A DNA stretch of 64,000 nucleotides from Antedon mediterranea (Eukaryota; Animalia; Echinodermata). Location of the stretch: the NCBI RefSeq assembly GCF_964355755.1, contig NC_092675.1:9791812-9855811 (forward strand), in the 5' to 3' direction. The notes beneath the pieces are model-generated. The model was not told the origin of the DNA and did not search any database. It worked only from the letters and a program-made list of their open reading frames with translations. Position 1 is the stretch's first letter. Each line of letters starts with the position of its first letter. The position numbers and the translations under genes are program-made. This document shows positions 63,201 through 64,000 of the stretch, piece by piece.

Positions 63201-63416
63201 TCATTTTATATTTTAAATGCAGTTTGCCTAATTTTCTATCAAACACTTGGAAACTTTGTAATCTCACAAGCTTCACCATTGGCTAGCTCGTGTACAAAAT
63301 CATCGTTGATAGTTATGAGGTTCAGTTTCAATGAGTCTTAAAGTCCAAGAATGGATGAGCAGTTTTCTTTCAATATGTAGAAGCTTGTGCTGTATGTTTC
63401 ACCAGCTACAGTTATT
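60251..63416 (+). repeat. Segmental duplication, copy 2
   Basis: Colinear with 51773-54981. The Gypsy sequence continues uninterrupted past 63416. Confidence 0.95.
60830..61351 (+). pseudogene. Duplicate C-type lectin with premature stop (W35*)
   Basis: Same 522-nt length as 52389-52910. TGG>TAG at 60932-34. Also A8V, L23S, E48Q, L50V, N51T, F83L, S172C. Lacks the promoter and first exon. Confidence 0.9.
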
Positions 63417-63622
63417 GGTAGCTTTATTTATCCCATTGTATGAATAATTGTACCACCGAAAGCTCTTAGGCGGGCACGCTTTGTACTGAGTGTCAATTGC
63501 AGCTTCTTGTTCAATACCTTGTACCATGTGATATGGTAAGACATTACACTTTGCACCTGTGTCTAACTTTAAAGTTAGAGGTTTGCTGCATGTGGTTACG
63601 TTAACCTTGATATCATTTGCCT
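62330..63622 (-). mobile_element. Ty3/Gypsy pol relic (copy 2) including the protease
   Basis: LDTGAKCNVLP (aspartic protease), IDPRDLNKA, VLDAKNSFWQIPLD, LPYG, IVDDLL and CDGSKCGLG. Confidence 0.92.
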
Positions 63623-63623
63623 T

Positions 63624-63800
63624 ATTTACCTCCGCCAAGGAGGCATATGTAATCGGTAGCGGGTGTTTGTTTGTTTGTTATCAGGATTACTCAAAAAGTA
63701 ATTACAAGATCTTCACCAAAATATATAATATACAGATAGATATGTGGTCAAGGACCATTCCATTACATTTTTGGACCATGGTCCCAATTCTGGACCACTT
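63624..63800 (+). mobile_element. Second HINE/Helentron-associated-type repeat
   Basis: Starts ttacctccgccaaggagg (hairpin), then (GTTT)n and gattactcaaaaagt. Interrupts the Gypsy relic. Right end not resolved. Confidence 0.55.
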
Positions 63801-64000
63801 TTTAGTATACTTTTCCGACCTGCTAGTGTTAAAAGGTAGGACAGAATTTTTCAAAAGATGGCGAGCAGTCTTAAAGTAACAAGTAAACTGAAATTGCATT
63901 TTCTCGAGAACTACTTGTCCAAAAAACTTCATTTTTGTACAAGAGGCAAGAGTTATAATTTGTTATTTGTAATTTTGAAACATAATTTGATTGAATTTGC

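Noticed and set aside
60251-63416. Lectin duplicate as a retrocopy or LINE 3' transduction
   Set aside because: It includes intronic DNA and downstream Gypsy sequence, has no polyA of its own, and lies on the LINE's 5' side.
51773-63416. The two 3.2-kb repeats as LTRs of one retroelement
   Set aside because: No TG...CA ends, primer-binding site or polypurine tract. The interior is a polyadenylated non-LTR element and the repeats contain host gene sequence.

Overview
AT-rich, intron-containing animal genomic DNA, not prokaryotic. The gene and repeat content points to a marine deuterostome, probably an echinoderm (inference). Most short ORFs in the track are spurious. Two host genes are supported. 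(1) A three-exon, 372-aa rhabdomeric/melanopsin-type opsin (18853-19031, 32554-32687, 36999-37804, +) with the Schiff-base Lys intact but YDK in place of the usual HPK tripeptide. (2) A secreted EPN-type C-type lectin (52389-52910, +) with a nonsense-mutated duplicate (60830-61351). The rest is layered transposon debris: L2, CR1-group, Tx1/L1 and RLE-type LINEs, Gypsy fragments, tRNA-derived SINEs (one with a Deu/Nin core), Kolobok-, MULE- and CMC-like MITEs, DINE/HINE-like repeats, and TE-derived minisatellites. Top observations: (a) a ~3.2-kb duplication carrying the lectin gene flanks a Tx1/L1 LINE exactly as a target-site duplication would; (b) the palindrome TAGGCCTA is strongly over-represented, and three internal comparisons show it arising as a 6-bp insertion at TA, consistent with excision footprints of an unseen TA-targeting transposon with GGC...GCC ends; (c) the opsin has a non-canonical G-protein motif and lacks all 3' introns. 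All alignments and counts were done by eye.
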